Assembly (NCBI GenBank): GCA_009914755.4
Contig: CP086569.2
Location: forward strand, 13,248,001 to 13,312,000
Reading direction: 5' to 3'
From: the human T2T-CHM13v2.0 reference genome, Homo sapiens
Length of the DNA: 64,000 bases
This document shows, piece after piece, positions 14,012 through 25,497 of this stretch. Position numbers and translations under genes: made by a program. The notes under the pieces were generated by a model. The model did no database searches. It was given only the letters and a program-made list of their open reading frames with translations, and had not been told where the DNA came from. The stretch's first letter is position 1. Each line of letters begins with the position of its first letter.

Positions 14012-17000
14012 TTAGAGCCATTGGGGTGGTAAGGATGACAGTATGAGGTCTTTTCTAAGCAGGAGTCCTTCTTTCTGGAACTTTTTAACGAACACCAGGT
14101 CACCTGGCTGGAACGAGTGGCAGGGCCCCATCTGATCAGGAACTGGATTGGGATGAGCTCTCAGTCCAAGTGGCTGGATGATATCTTGCACCTTTTGGAG
14201 AGACTGTAGGTAATGTAATAAATTAGCTTGTGAGATTTCTGCTAAATGGGTATCTTTTAGCTTAGGCAAGATCGGCGGAACCCTCTTATATATGATTTTA
14301 AAAGGTGAAAACCTAGCCTGGTAGGAAGTTCATCTTACTTTAAGAAGGACTAAAGAAGGAGCCTTACCTAATCTTCACCAGTCTTTAAGATTAACTTTGT
14401 AAAAGTATTTTTAGGGTGTGGTTTATGCATTCTACCTGTGCAGAGCTCTGAGTTCTTACTGACTGACTGAGGTATGGACAAGGTGAAGGCTGGTCTATTA
14501 TCAGACCTTATGGCAGCAGGCAGCCTATGTCAAAGGATGATTTCATCGAGTAAAAACCTAGCTACTGTGGTGGCAGTCTCGTTTTTGGGGGCAAATGCCT
14601 CAGTCCATCCAGAAAATGTATCTGCTAGTACCAAAAGGTATTTCTACTTAGTCCAGTGTGGTTTTATTTCTGTAAAGTCAATTTCCTACCTTTTTCCTGG
14701 CGAGTTTCCCCGGAGGCAGTGCCCTGAGATGGGTTTAGGACCTTGCTTGGCATTTACTTGAGCACAAGCCATACACCAGAGAGCTGCTTGGTTTGCAGAG
14801 TTCTGAAGGCGAAGGGATCTTGAAATGGCTCCTTAGGAGCTGGGCCAGTTTTACTCCTCTTAAATGGGTGGTAGAATGAAGACGACTGATTAAAGTTTCC
14901 TTGAGAGCTCGGGGTATGAAGATTCTGGAATCAGGAAGAATCCACCAACCTTCCTGATTTTAATTGGCCTGAAGATCTGAAGCTTGTTTCTTTTTTTTTC
15001 TGGGGCTGCCAAGTTAGGTTGCGGAAAGGACACAGCGGACAGCAGGGTTAAAGGCATGACAGGGAGCCATGCTGCCTTTCGAGTTACAGAATCTGCTCTT
15101 TGGTTCCCATGGGCAATGGCCAAGTCTTCCTTTTGATGTCCTTTGCAGTGAATTACAGCCACCTGCTTCAAGCAGGGCTAAAATTTCTTCTTTGTTTTTG
15201 ACAATCTTTCCTGCTGAAGTAAGTAGCCCGCATTCTTGATAGACGGCTCCAAGTACATGTACAGTAGCAAAAGCATACCTGCTGTCAGTATAAATATTAA
15301 TACATTTGTCCTTAACCCATCAGACAGCCTGAGTGAGGGCGATCAATTCAGCCTTCTGTGCCGAGGTACCTGCTGGCAACACCTGGGACCACAGCACATC
15401 TGTCTCCGTAGTAAAGGCTGCACCAATCTTTTGTACTCCCTGTTCGAGGAAGCTGCTACCATCTATAAACATGGTATATGTTTATAGGGGCATATCTTGG
15501 AGATCAGTTCAGCCAGTTTCTGTAGTTTCTAACAGTTCCTGGCAGTCACGGACAGGTGTAGTGAAGTTTGGATCAGGGAGGAAAGCAGCTGGATTTAAAC
15601 ACCTTATGGAAGAGAAAGTCAAAAGAGGCTGATCTAACAGTAAACTCTGATACTGCAGGATGCGAGCATTTGACATCCATTTGCCAGAAGCACTTGGTAG
15701 CAAAATCTCTATGGCGTGAGGAGCCATGAGGGTGAAGTTTTGGCCCAGAGTCAATTTATTAGCCTCCTGGACTAGGCTTGCTGTGGCCACTACGGCTCAC
15801 AGACAAGTTGGCCATCCAGCGGCCACAGGGTCCAGTCTCTTAGACAAATAGGCTACTGGGCATCTCCAGGGTCCTAAAGTCTGAGTGAGCACCCCCTTAG
15901 CAACTCCCTGGCTTTCGTGAATAAAAGGTGAAATGGTTTTGAGATATTAGGGAGGGCTAGAGTGGGGGCCTCAGTTAATGCCTTTTTCAGGTTTTTGAAA
16001 GCCTATTCTTTGGTGTCAGTCCATACTAGTGGGCCATTCCTTCCAGTAGCAGTGTACAGGGGCTTGGCAATCTCTGCGGACCTTAATATCCACAGGCGAC
16101 AGTATCTTATGGCCCCCAGAAATTCACGTACCTGTCTCTTGGTGGGAGTGGGGATTTGTGGGATGGCTTCCTTACAAGCACTGATAAGTGCCCTTTTTCC
16201 TCTGTTTATCTCATACCCTAGGTAGGAGACTCTGGGAAGACAAAGCTGGGATTTTTGGCTGAGACTTGATACCTGAGTTCCTGAAGGAGGTAAAATAGGT
16301 CCTTAGTGTGTTGCAGGCAACTGTCAGTAGTTTCAGTACCTAATAAAAGGTCATCTGTGTACTGAAGAAGAGTACAATTAGGGTTCTGGCTTGAAATGGT
16401 ATAAGATCCTGTTGAAGGGCTTCCTTAAAAAGGGTGGGGGAATTTTTAAAACCTTGAGGTAACTGAGTCCAGGTCAATTGGGTGGTGTTTCCTGAGCCAG
16501 GATCTGTCCATTCAAAAGCAAAGATAGGTTGGCTTTTGGGGGCCAGAGGAATAGCAAAGAAAGCATCTTTTAAGTCAAGGACAGTGCAAATTGTGTGTTC
16601 TGGTGGAAGCAGTCTGAGTAAAGTATAAGGGTTAGGGACAGTTGGGTGGACAGTGACTATCTGTCTGTTAACTTCCGTTAAGTCCTGTACAGGCCAGTAA
16701 TCATTTGTTCTGGGTTTTTGGACCGGAAAAAATGGAGTATTCCAGATGGACTGGCAATGGTGTGAGTATGCCAGTTTGTAACAGTTGCTGAATATGGGGG
16801 TTGATTCTCTCCCTAGCCTGCTGACTCACAGACTATTGCTTCACCTGGACTGGCAAGGTGGTGGCCAGGAGTTCTACTACCACTGGTGGATGGTGCTTAG
16901 CCCGTCCTGGGGGGATTGGCTCAGCCCAGACTCAAGGAAAGAGAGTCTGTAATTCCAGTAGGAGAGGATTAGTTTTATTTTCTGGTGGTTTTGGAGGTGA

Positions 17001-17560
17001 AACTAACAGATATTCTTCTGACAGAGGGGTGGTTAACAGGAGCTGAGCAATAGGGGGCATTGTGTCCCCTAACATGAGGTGAGCTTGTTGGGCCGAGAAG
17101 GAAATAGATGCCTACAGCTTGTGGAACAGGTCTCATCCTAGGAGGGGAAAAGGACACTCTGGGACCAAGAGGAATGAGTGAGTTGCTCTTTTCTGTCCCA
17201 AACTCACCTCTTATGACTGGGTGACAGGATATTCCTGAATAACTCCAGTAGCTCCCTGTACAACCACTTTCCTATTACAGACACTGCCTAGGGGCATCTG
17301 CAGTACTGAGTGTTCCGCCCTGGTGTCAATTAGGAAGTGTACAGGCTGGCGCCCTACTATGGCGGTCACCATGGGCTCCCGAGGGCCAAGTGTAAAGGAG
17401 CCCTGGTCCCATCAATCATCAGAGTCCTCCGCAGCAGGGAGGGTGAGGACTTTTTTGTCTTCTGGTTTTTCCTCTGGTCTTAATGGGCATTCCTTTTTCC
17501 AGTTTCCTATCTGCTTGCAATAAGCACATTGGTTTTTCTTTGAAGGGAACCCTGGTCACT
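14012..17560 (-). mobile_element. ERV pol remnant (protease-RT-RNaseH-integrase), heavily frameshifted
   Basis: Only short ORFs survive (15509..15790, 14890..15171 and 14012..14269, all -). Their order, RT/tether -> RNase H -> IN C-terminus, is colinear with MLV Pol. Confidence 0.75.
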
Positions 17561-17572
17561 TTTCTGGCTTTT

Positions 17573-19035
17573 CTAGCATGGACCCAGGGCCCCCTGGCTA
17601 GTGTTCTGTGATGGGGGCCTTTCCTTTCTGGCTTCCTGGATGGCCGCCACTAAGATTTTCGCTTGTCTTTCTGATGCTTTGTCAGCAGCCTTGTCAGCTG
17701 CCTCAGCTGCCTGTTTTTGCTTTTTAAACTCTTGATTGTCAAAAACTTTTTGGGCTATTTCTAAAAGTTGACTGATATTCATCCCAGCAAATCCTTCCAG
17801 TTTTTGTAGGTTTCTTTTAATATTAGGGGCTGCCTGAACCACAAATGCTAAATTAAGAGCACAGCTATTTTCAGGAGACTCCGGGTCAGAAAGGGTGTAA
17901 GTCTGATAGGCCTCCTGGAGGCATTCTAAAACGTTCACAGTGACTCATCAGGCCCCTAGACAACTTCAGTCATCTTAGACAAGTTTACGGGTTTCCAAGC
18001 GGCTCACTTGATACCCACAAGGAGATACCGGTGAAAATCGTCTAAAGATCTCTTCCCACCTGAGGAGTTTGGGTCCTAATTAGGCCGGGTAGAAGGAAAA
18101 ACTTCCTTAAGGAGGCCTCTAGCTTCCACTTCTGGCCTATTGGCTGATGTGAGGAAATACTTACTGGCCTCTCTTTGGATCTGTTCCTTCTCTTCAGCGT
18201 TGAAAAGGGTCAAAAGGAGCTGCTGACAGTCATCCCAGGTGGGCCAATGGGTCCAGAGCATGGACTCCATCAGTGAGGTCAAGACCTGGGGCTTTTCAGA
18301 AAAGGGGGGTTTATAATCTTTCCCATTATACAGCTCAGAAGTAGAAAAGGGGACATAAACTAAGAATGGAGCTAAGTGCTCATCACCCAAAGGGACTTGT
18401 GCCTCTCTCAGTGGGAGGAGGAGGGCTACCTCCTCCTGCCATGGCCGCAATCTAGAGGCAACAGGCGGACAGCCCACAGGGGACATCCTCGAGGAGACAA
18501 GGGAAGATTCTAAAGGAGCAAGAGGGTTATAAGCTGGTGGAACTGGGTGAAGAAGATTCTCTTCTTCTTCAGAAGGAAGCAGAATAGGAGGAGCCGAGCC
18601 AGCTGAGGGTTGAGGCAAAAGTGAGGTCTGGCTCAAAAGGAACTTAGAGGTAGAATTATGAATGATGCATTAGCGGAGCCATGGAGGAGGGCTCCTGACC
18701 AAACTCAGCCACTGATCAATGTATGGAAACTGATCTGGGTGACCAGGAGTTCCAGCAACAACCCGCCACACAGCCTGAACAACTGCGAGCTTCAGTGACC
18801 CTTCTGGGGGCCACCCAGCTCCAAAATTTGGCCATTCTGCTTCACAGAGTGTCCAGAGTTTGCCTTTTTTAAGGCAGACCCCATAATCCTCTGAGAAGCC
18901 TAGAGAAAATTTTTGTAACATACATTGGAGAGGGCTCAAATCTTTATGAGGCCGGGAAGAAGAGTATCCTATTCTGGGGCAGTTTAACAAGGTTTGAGCA
19001 GAGATAATAAACCCAGCACTGACAGAGAAATTCAT
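17573..19035 (-). mobile_element. ERV gag remnant (MA 18670-19035, p12/CA-N 18076-18636, CA-C 17573-17938), interrupted by stops
   Basis: The ORFs at 18670..19035, 18076..18636 and 17573..17938 (all -) contain a PPAY late-domain-like motif. They show a clear match to the MLV CA major-homology/N-terminal region ([20 protein letters not shown] in MLV). Confidence 0.8.
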
Positions 19036-21656
19036 GACCTGGGGGGTTGTAGCATCAGAAGAACAGAAATAATATGGCTAAAAGAAGCAGGAAAACAGCT
19101 ATTGCCAGTGCTTCCTGCTACATGAGTTCTGTCCTTTTAAGCTTTGAGATTTAGGGAGAAGACAAGAGGTGGGTCCGAGGCTGGTGGGACCTACATGATT
19201 TCCCTCTGCCTTTTGACTTACAGCCTAAATATCTTTGGTGTCTCCACGACTGAAAGGCAAATAGTTCAAACTCAGCCTTTTCTTTTAAGGGTTTGAGGAG
19301 GGAGAGCAGAGCTAAGTCTTGGAGGTGCTGGACTTGCTGTGACACAGGAAAACGAGATGTGCAGGGCAAGGGATGGGGATGAGGAGAAAAGGGGCCACTC
19401 AGATCCTTTCAGGCTGAGAGGAGCCATGCTGGGCAGTGCTGGTTTGCCAGGATGACTCTGCGGTCCCCGGCCCCACCTCCAGGCCCCATCAGGCGCTGCA
19501 AGCCTAGCTTAGAAGCCTGGCCCAGGGCCAAGGCTACCATAGCAGGCTGGGTGCCTGCATTCTGAGCTGGGTGTGGAAGCACTGGGGCTCGGGGAAGTTG
19601 GCGGCTTTGATGCCTGAAGGCGTAGGAGCCGGGCACCTGAGGGGTCCCCTTGGGGAGGGGGTCCGGCACTGTCACCTCCTACTCTTTGCCTGTGGGTCAG
19701 GAGCCCCTGCCAGAGGGGAAGGAGGCTGTTTCTTTTGTGTACTGGTGGAAGCATGCCTGGCCCCTGGGCCCAGCAACCTGAAGACACACACCTGAGACCT
19801 CCTGTGTTAGAAAATCTGTACTCAGGACTTTGAAGAAGTCCTTACCCAGTCGTCTTGGGCAATATTGATGACCTGACATATGAAACTTAGACAAACACTA
19901 AACGGGACAATAAACACCAAACACAACAATAGACACAAAACAGGCAATAAACACAAATCAGGCAATAGACCCTAGGGTATATAAACAATTATGGAAGTTT
20001 TTATAGACAGACAAAGGGGAGGGGGTCCCGTGATGGGATCAGTCAGATGCCCGCCTGGCCACTCCCCCTGAGGGGACTTACGCTCCTCTTAGCATTTGCA
20101 GGCCGGTATAAACCCCTGGCTCAGATCCAGCTATGCCCGATGCTGCCTTAAGCCTTATGAGGTCACCACGGAACTGCAGGTGAGGGCCCACTTGAACTCC
20201 ATAGCTTTCGCTGTGGAGCTACAAACTGGAGATTCAAGGGCAAGCCTTTGAATTCCACATTCATGCACACATTCACACAGAGTTTATAACAATTTTTCTT
20301 ATTCCCGTTCTAAACAGAGGTCTCCGGGAGACCTGAACGAGAGAAAGAGAAGAGATAGAAAAAGGGGGAGGGGGAGAGAGAAAAAAAAAGAGGGGGAGAG
20401 ACTGAGAGACTAGTCTTAATGGAGAGGCCGGCCTGCCAGAAACCAGGACTCTGTCCTCCAACATCCTGGAATATGGACAGAGTCAAAGAGAAATGCCCTC
20501 ATCAGGGACAGTTCCCGCTCACCAAACCAGAACCAAAGGTGCCTAACAGAAAACCAAGGCTCTGTCCTCCAGTGTCCTGGAATGGGGGCAGAGTCAAAGA
20601 GAGAGACACCCTTATCAGGGCCACTTCCCTCTCACCAAACCAGAGTCAGAGCTGACTTACATTCCTGAGACCAGAAACTGAGGACTCAGAAGTTGAATTT
20701 TGTGGGCACACTCCAGTGGTCGATCCGTTCTCCTCCGGAAGACGGAGTCTTATGGGGCCCTGGGACATCTTCAGGTGGTGCCTCCCCTATAAGTCCACCG
20801 TATGGGGGAGGCTGGAATGAGTCCAGCTCTCACCTGGTGGCAAATATCTCGCTGGGGTCTCCAAATATTGTAACCAAGTGAGTTATAGAGAAACGCCACA
20901 CTTTGAGACTAATTAAAGAGACCTTTATTAGCTGGCGACTGAGAGATGGCTAATGCTCGAAATTCCCTCAGCCCTGAAGAAGGGGCTAGATTTTCTTTTA
21001 TACTGTGGTTTAGAGAGGGGAGGGGGAATTGAGCTGAAGCAATCTTACAGAAGTAAAACAGGCAAAAAAGTTGAAAAGACACATGGTTACAGGAAAACAA
21101 ACAGTTCCAGGTGCAGGGGCTTTAAACTCATCACAAGGTGATAGGTGCGGGGGCTCTGGGTGCTATCTGCCAGACACAAAAGCGGGGCCTTAGGGTACTA
21201 TCACCCAGGTGAATTCCTGGGAACTGTGGACATAGCTTGCCACCTTACCTTATCAGTTAATTGCACTCTTTGATGTGCTAAGTGTCAGCTTGCACAAGTT
21301 AAGTCCTTGAGGAAGGGGGTGGGTAACGAGCCCTTAATGTCTTGCAAATGAAGGAGCCAAATGGAATCCATCCAGCTTTTTCAGCTAAGAGAGAGTCAAT
21401 AAAGTTAATACAAGTTAGGGTATCAGACATCTGCATCTCGCTATTGAGTCACAGGAAATAGCAGTCTGACCCTCGTTTGGTCTGGGGACACAAGTGCAGG
21501 AATTCAGGCCAAGATAATAACCTCCCATAAAGATGAATGTCTTAATTTAGTTAAGAAGGTCGGAAGACCTTCACCTTCCCAGCAAGCCGCCTTGAAATGC
21601 CTACTTCCTGTGCCAAATTGTAGATAGTCATTTCTGTGTTTTGCTTTTCTCTCCAG
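19036..21656. mobile_element. Non-coding retroelement-associated sequence between the ERV gag ATG and the truncated ARSD-like exon 1; a possible leader plus LTR, not resolved
   Basis: It contains a 2x ~111-bp tandem repeat, a purine-rich tract and AATAAA motifs in both orientations (about 20925 on the - strand and 21393 on the +). I could not identify a primer-binding site or a matched LTR pair. It ends in ...ctctcCA exactly where ARSD homology begins. Confidence 0.3.
20436..20655. repeat. Tandem duplication, 2 copies of a ~111-bp unit
   Basis: The unit ...ccaggactctgtcctccaacatcctggaatatggacagagtcaaagagaaatgccctcatcagggacagttcccgctcaccaaaccagaaccaaagg... repeats at 20450 and 20561 with about 85% identity. 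Confidence 0.8.
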
Positions 21657-21806
21657 GGAATCTTTGCCGGTGCTACTGTTTTTATGCTTGCTTCTGAAGA
21701 CGTGTGAACCTAAAACTGCAAATGCCTTTAAACCAAATATCCTACTGATCATGGCGGATGATCTAGGCATTGGGGATCTCGGTTGCTATGGGAACAATAC
21801 ACTGAG
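21657..21806 (+). pseudogene. ARSDP1: ARSD-like coding exon 1 homolog, 5'-truncated; ATG and the N-terminal signal-peptide codons are absent
   Basis: Translation is ...[49 protein letters not shown](R), matching the ARSD N-terminus ...[51 protein letters not shown]. A donor ACTGAG|gtacag follows. Homology stops abruptly at 21656/21657, directly adjacent to the LTR-like sequence, and no upstream ATG is in frame. Confidence 0.8.
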
Positions 21807-22029
21807 GTACAGTTGGTTGTTGCTATTGGTGATGATGTGATGTGAGTTTGAAGGAATAGTGCATTTAAAATCTGCCTGGAGAAATTAGGAAACTCCTTAG
21901 GGCCTCAGAACTCAACAAAAAACTACCAACAGGTAAAAAGGCCCTTTTAAACGCTGCAGAACTGCGGTGAGGGGGTGAATGTATTACTACCACAAAATGG
22001 GTAGCTTAAAACAACAGAAATTTGTTCTC

Positions 22030-22780
22030 CCAGGTCTGGAGACCAGAAATCTTAAATCCAGGTGTGGGCAGGGCCGGGCTCCCTCGGGGGGCCCTATGGG
22101 AGGATCCTTCCGGACTTTCCCAGCTCCTGGGGGCTCCAGGTGTCCCTGAGCTTGTGGCCGCATCACTACAGTCTCTGCCTCCATCTCCACGGGGCCTTCT
22201 CCTCTGTGTCTGTGTCCTAATCTCCTCATCCTATAAGGACACCGGCCATTGCAGCAAGGCCTGCCCACTGTAAAGATCTCATCTTCTGTTGATTACATTT
22301 GCAAACAACGTCTGTTGTGGGCTGAATTCTGGCCTCCTCCAAATTTGTAGGTTGAAGCCCTAACCACCAGTACTTCAGGGTGTGACCGTATTCAGAGATG
22401 GGGTCTTTGAAGAGGTAATTAAGTTAAACTGAGGTCCTTAGGGTGAGCCCTAATCTGATATGGATTACTAAAAGAGGAGATTAAGACACCAACAGAGCTC
22501 CCTGAGAGGCTGTAGGGGAGGACCCTTCCTGACTCTCCCAGCTCCTGGGGGCTCCAGGCATCTCTGGCTTTGTGGCCACATCACTCCAGTTTGTGCCTCC
22601 GTCCCCACGTGGCCTTCTCCCCTGTGTCTGTGTCTCCTCCTCTGTCTCTCAGAAGGACACTGGTCATTGCATCTAGGGCCCTCTCTAAACCAGGATGATC
22701 CCATCTCAGGGTACCTAACTAATAAGGTCTCACGCACAGGTTTGTGGAGTCAGCACATGGACAGATCGGTTTGCAGACCC
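22030..22780. mobile_element. Cluster of three MaLR/MLT1-like LTR fragments in alternating orientation
   Basis: Two similar blocks (...ctcccagctcctgggggctccagg...tgtggcc.catcact.cagt.t.tgcctcc.tc.cacg.ggccttctcc.ctgtgtctgtgtc...) lie at about 22080-22270 and 22510-22700. They flank an oppositely oriented ...ttgaagccctaacc...gaggtaattaagttaaactgaggtccttagggtgagccctaatc... block at about 22320-22480. Confidence 0.45.
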
Positions 22781-23059
22781 CCATTCAGCCCACTGCAGTG
22801 GCATGTGCAAACACAGAGTAGTAGCCTCTATGCCAGCCTTACCAGCAGAGCGCTTGAGTGGTGCTCACATGCTTTCTGCAACAGGAGAAAAGGTGAGAAA
22901 CCTCCTTATTCATTTGGTGGGCTTTTAGAAGGACTGCCTCAGAATGCAGGCTGCATCTGCTTTTTAAAAGATGCCAACCTCAGGAGCAGTTGCCGCAGAG
23001 CAGGGCCTCCCTTCTTTGTAGAGGACAATGCAGCACCTGCAGCAGTCTGCCCTGTGGGG

Positions 23060-23345
23060 GCTGGGAGGGTGGCTCCCGCATGTCATCCCAGCACCTTGGG
23101 AGGCCAAGGAAGGTGGATCACTTGAGCCCAGGTGTTTGAGACCAGCCTGGGCAACATGGCAAAACCCTGTCTCTATGAAATACACAAAAAATTTGCCAAG
23201 CATGGTGGTGCATGCCTGTAGTCCCAGCTACTCAGGAAGCTGAGAGTGGAGGATGGCTTGAGCCCGGGAGGTGGAGGTTATGGTGAGCTGAGGTTGCGCC
23301 ACTGCATTCTAGCCTGGGCCACAGAGCAAGACCCTGTCTCTAAAT
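23060..23345 (+). mobile_element. Alu (sense), followed by a short (TCAA)n
   Basis: ggctcccgcatgtcatcccagcaccttgggaggccaagg...cattctagcctgggccacagagcaagaccctgtctctaaatcaatcaatcaatcaatc. Confidence 0.85.
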
Positions 23346-23574
23346 CAATCAATCAATCAATCTGCCCCTTGTCCAGGGATCCCCTTTCGAACACCCTGAG
23401 CAAGCCTGGTTGTAATTCACAGAACATGCAGTTCATCTGTTTACAGTGTACAGTTCAGGGACTTTTATTCTATTCATGGAGCTGTGCATCTGTCACCACA
23501 AACCATGTTAGAGCATTTGCATACCCCCAAAGAAACTCTGCATCCCCTTAGCCATCACCTCCAGCGAGGAGCGA

Positions 23575-23900
23575 ATCTGTGTCCCCTAAACACCTACATC
23601 GAAGTCCTGACCCCCAGGACCTCAGACTGTGACTCTATTTGGAGACTGAGTCTTTAGAGACGTGATTCAGGTAAAATGAGGTCACTAGGGTGGGCCCTGA
23701 TCCAATAGGACTAGGGTCCTCATAAGAAGAGGAGATAAGGACACAGACACACATAGAGCAATGACCACCTGAGGACACAGGGAGAAGATGGTGTCTACGA
23801 GCCCAGGATGGTGGCCTCAGGAGGAACCAGCCCTGCCCATGCTTGATCTCAGACTTCCAGCTCCCAGAAATGTGAGAGAATAAATGTCTACTGGGTTTGT
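23575..23900 (+). mobile_element. MLT1-like (MaLR) LTR fragment
   Basis: gtgtcccctaaacacctacatcgaagtcctgacccccag...gaggtcactagggtgggccctgatccaatagg...cttccagctcccagaaatgtgagagaataaatg follows the common MLT1 consensus pattern. Confidence 0.5.
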
Positions 23901-23914
23901 TTTTCTGTTTTATT

Positions 23915-24258
<344 letters not shown>

Positions 24259-24534
24259 TAACACTCCTCCACCTCTCAGCACCCTAACCCTCCGTGTCTG
24301 GCAGCCACTAATGTACTTTCCATCTCTATAGACTCCCCTGTTAGGGACATTTCATACAAATGCAATTATATAACCTGTGGTCTTTTATGTCAGGATGCTT
24401 TCACAGACCAGTGTTTTCAGGGTTCCTCCCTGTGGCAGCAAGTGTCAGTACCGTGCCTCACGCCTTGCAGTGGCTGAATCTATGAGAATTCCACAGATTC
24501 CATTCTATGTGGATACCTCTTTTGGCTTCCTTTT

Positions 24535-24840
24535 TTTTCTTTTTTGAGACAGGGTCTCACTTTGTTCTTTCACCAAGCCTGGAGAGCACTGGTGCGATCT
24601 CGGCTCACTGCAACCCCCGCCTCCTGGGCTCAAGCTATTCTCCTGTCTCAGCCTTCCGGGTAGCTGGGATTACAGGTGTGCACCATCTTGCCTGACTAAT
24701 TTTTGTATTTTTTTTTTAGTAGAGACGGGGTTTTACCATGTTGGCTAGGCTGGTCTTGAACTCCTGACCTCAAGTGATCTGCCCGCCTAGGCCTCCCAGA
24801 GTGTTGAGATTATTGGCATGAGTCACCATGCCCGGCCCTC
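24535..24840 (-). mobile_element. Alu (antisense)
   Basis: gagacagggtctcactttgttctttcaccaagcctggagagcactggtgcgatctcggctcactgc...gcatgagtcaccatgcccggccc. Confidence 0.85.
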
Positions 24841-25132
24841 ACTGTTTTTTGATATCTGATGCTGAAAGCTTTTAGGCCTCTTCTCTCTGTGTTCCCCATC
24901 TGGACAAGCAGATAAGAAAGCACAGGGAATGTCTACTTTGGTGCTGATGGCAGATTCAGACCATAAACGCCCCCACCCTTGCATGGGAACTCTCATCCAA
25001 TCCCCACACCCTCACAGCAATTAAAAACATAAATCTCCTTTCTTTGCTTCCTTATTTCACATGAGCTTGGAAGGTCTGCACTGCTCTCCCTAGAAAGCCT
25101 CATAATGTTTGTCATAAGTTGTCTCATGTACT

Positions 25133-25180
25133 CTGTGTGTGTGTGTTGGTGTGTGTGTGGGTGTGTGTGTGTGTGTGTGT
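25133..25180. repeat. (GT)n microsatellite, imperfect
   Basis: ctctgtgtgtgtgtgttggtgtgtgtgtgggtgtgtgtgtgtgtgtgtgtga. Confidence 0.9.
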
Positions 25181-25373
25181 GACGTCACCCATCTCAACAT
25201 CAACACCAAACTTAGGATAGCGGTCAATCTGCCTCTACAGGAGGCCATAATGCAACTAATTCTGAAATCCAGTGAAGTCTTCACAGTCTATTCCTGTGCC
25301 TTTCAGAGCAGGGATCTGCTTAAGCCAAATGCATGTCTCCCTTCCAGCAATGACATTTGTGTGCTTTGCCCAG

Positions 25374-25497
25374 AATGCCAAATATTGACCAGCTTGCAGA
25401 GGAAGGTGTGAGGCTCACTCAGCACCTGGCGGCCACCCTGCTCTGCACCCCAAGCCGAGCTGCATTCCTCATGGGGAGACATTCTTTCAGGTCAGGT
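25374..25497 (+). pseudogene. ARSDP1: ARSD-like exon 2 homolog
   Basis: Acceptor ttgcccag|A, donor TCAG|gttggt. Translation is (R)[41 protein letters not shown]. This is the sulfatase active-site region, [12 protein letters not shown] in functional enzymes, and its phase is contiguous with exon 1. Confidence 0.75.

Larger units (their letters stand above)
13801..19035 (-). mobile_element. Endogenous retrovirus internal region (class I, gammaretrovirus-like gag-pol); degenerate, env absent, termini unresolved
   Basis: Minus-strand ORFs align along their length to MLV-type Gag and Pol. The MA fragment is ...CEAEWPNFGAGWPP...GHPDQFPYI...PPPW. The CA fragment is ...[23 protein letters not shown]. 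The RNase H/tether fragment is MAPHAIEILLPSASGKWMSNARILQYQSLLLD. The RNase H C-terminus is VAVIHCKGHQK...HGNQRADSVTRKAA. The IN C-terminus is FQPGDLVFVKKFQKEGL. Frames are broken between the fragments. Confidence 0.85.

Noticed and set aside
19900-19975. Four tandem ~17-bp units (acaataaacaccaa / acaggcaataaacacaaa / tcaggcaatagaccc)
   Set aside because: The run is short and imperfect. It is probably slippage within the retroelement leader, so it is not reported as a separate feature.
13765-21675. Possible long duplication flanking the ERV block: GAGGGGATTCCTCGGTT at 13765 versus GGGAATCTTTGCCGGTG at 21657, both resembling ARSD GGGACTCCCTGCCGGTG
   Set aside because: The match is only about 9-10 of 15 positions and far longer than an ERV target-site duplication of 4-6 bp. 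I could not distinguish it from chance. It is noted only as something an X/Y alignment would settle.
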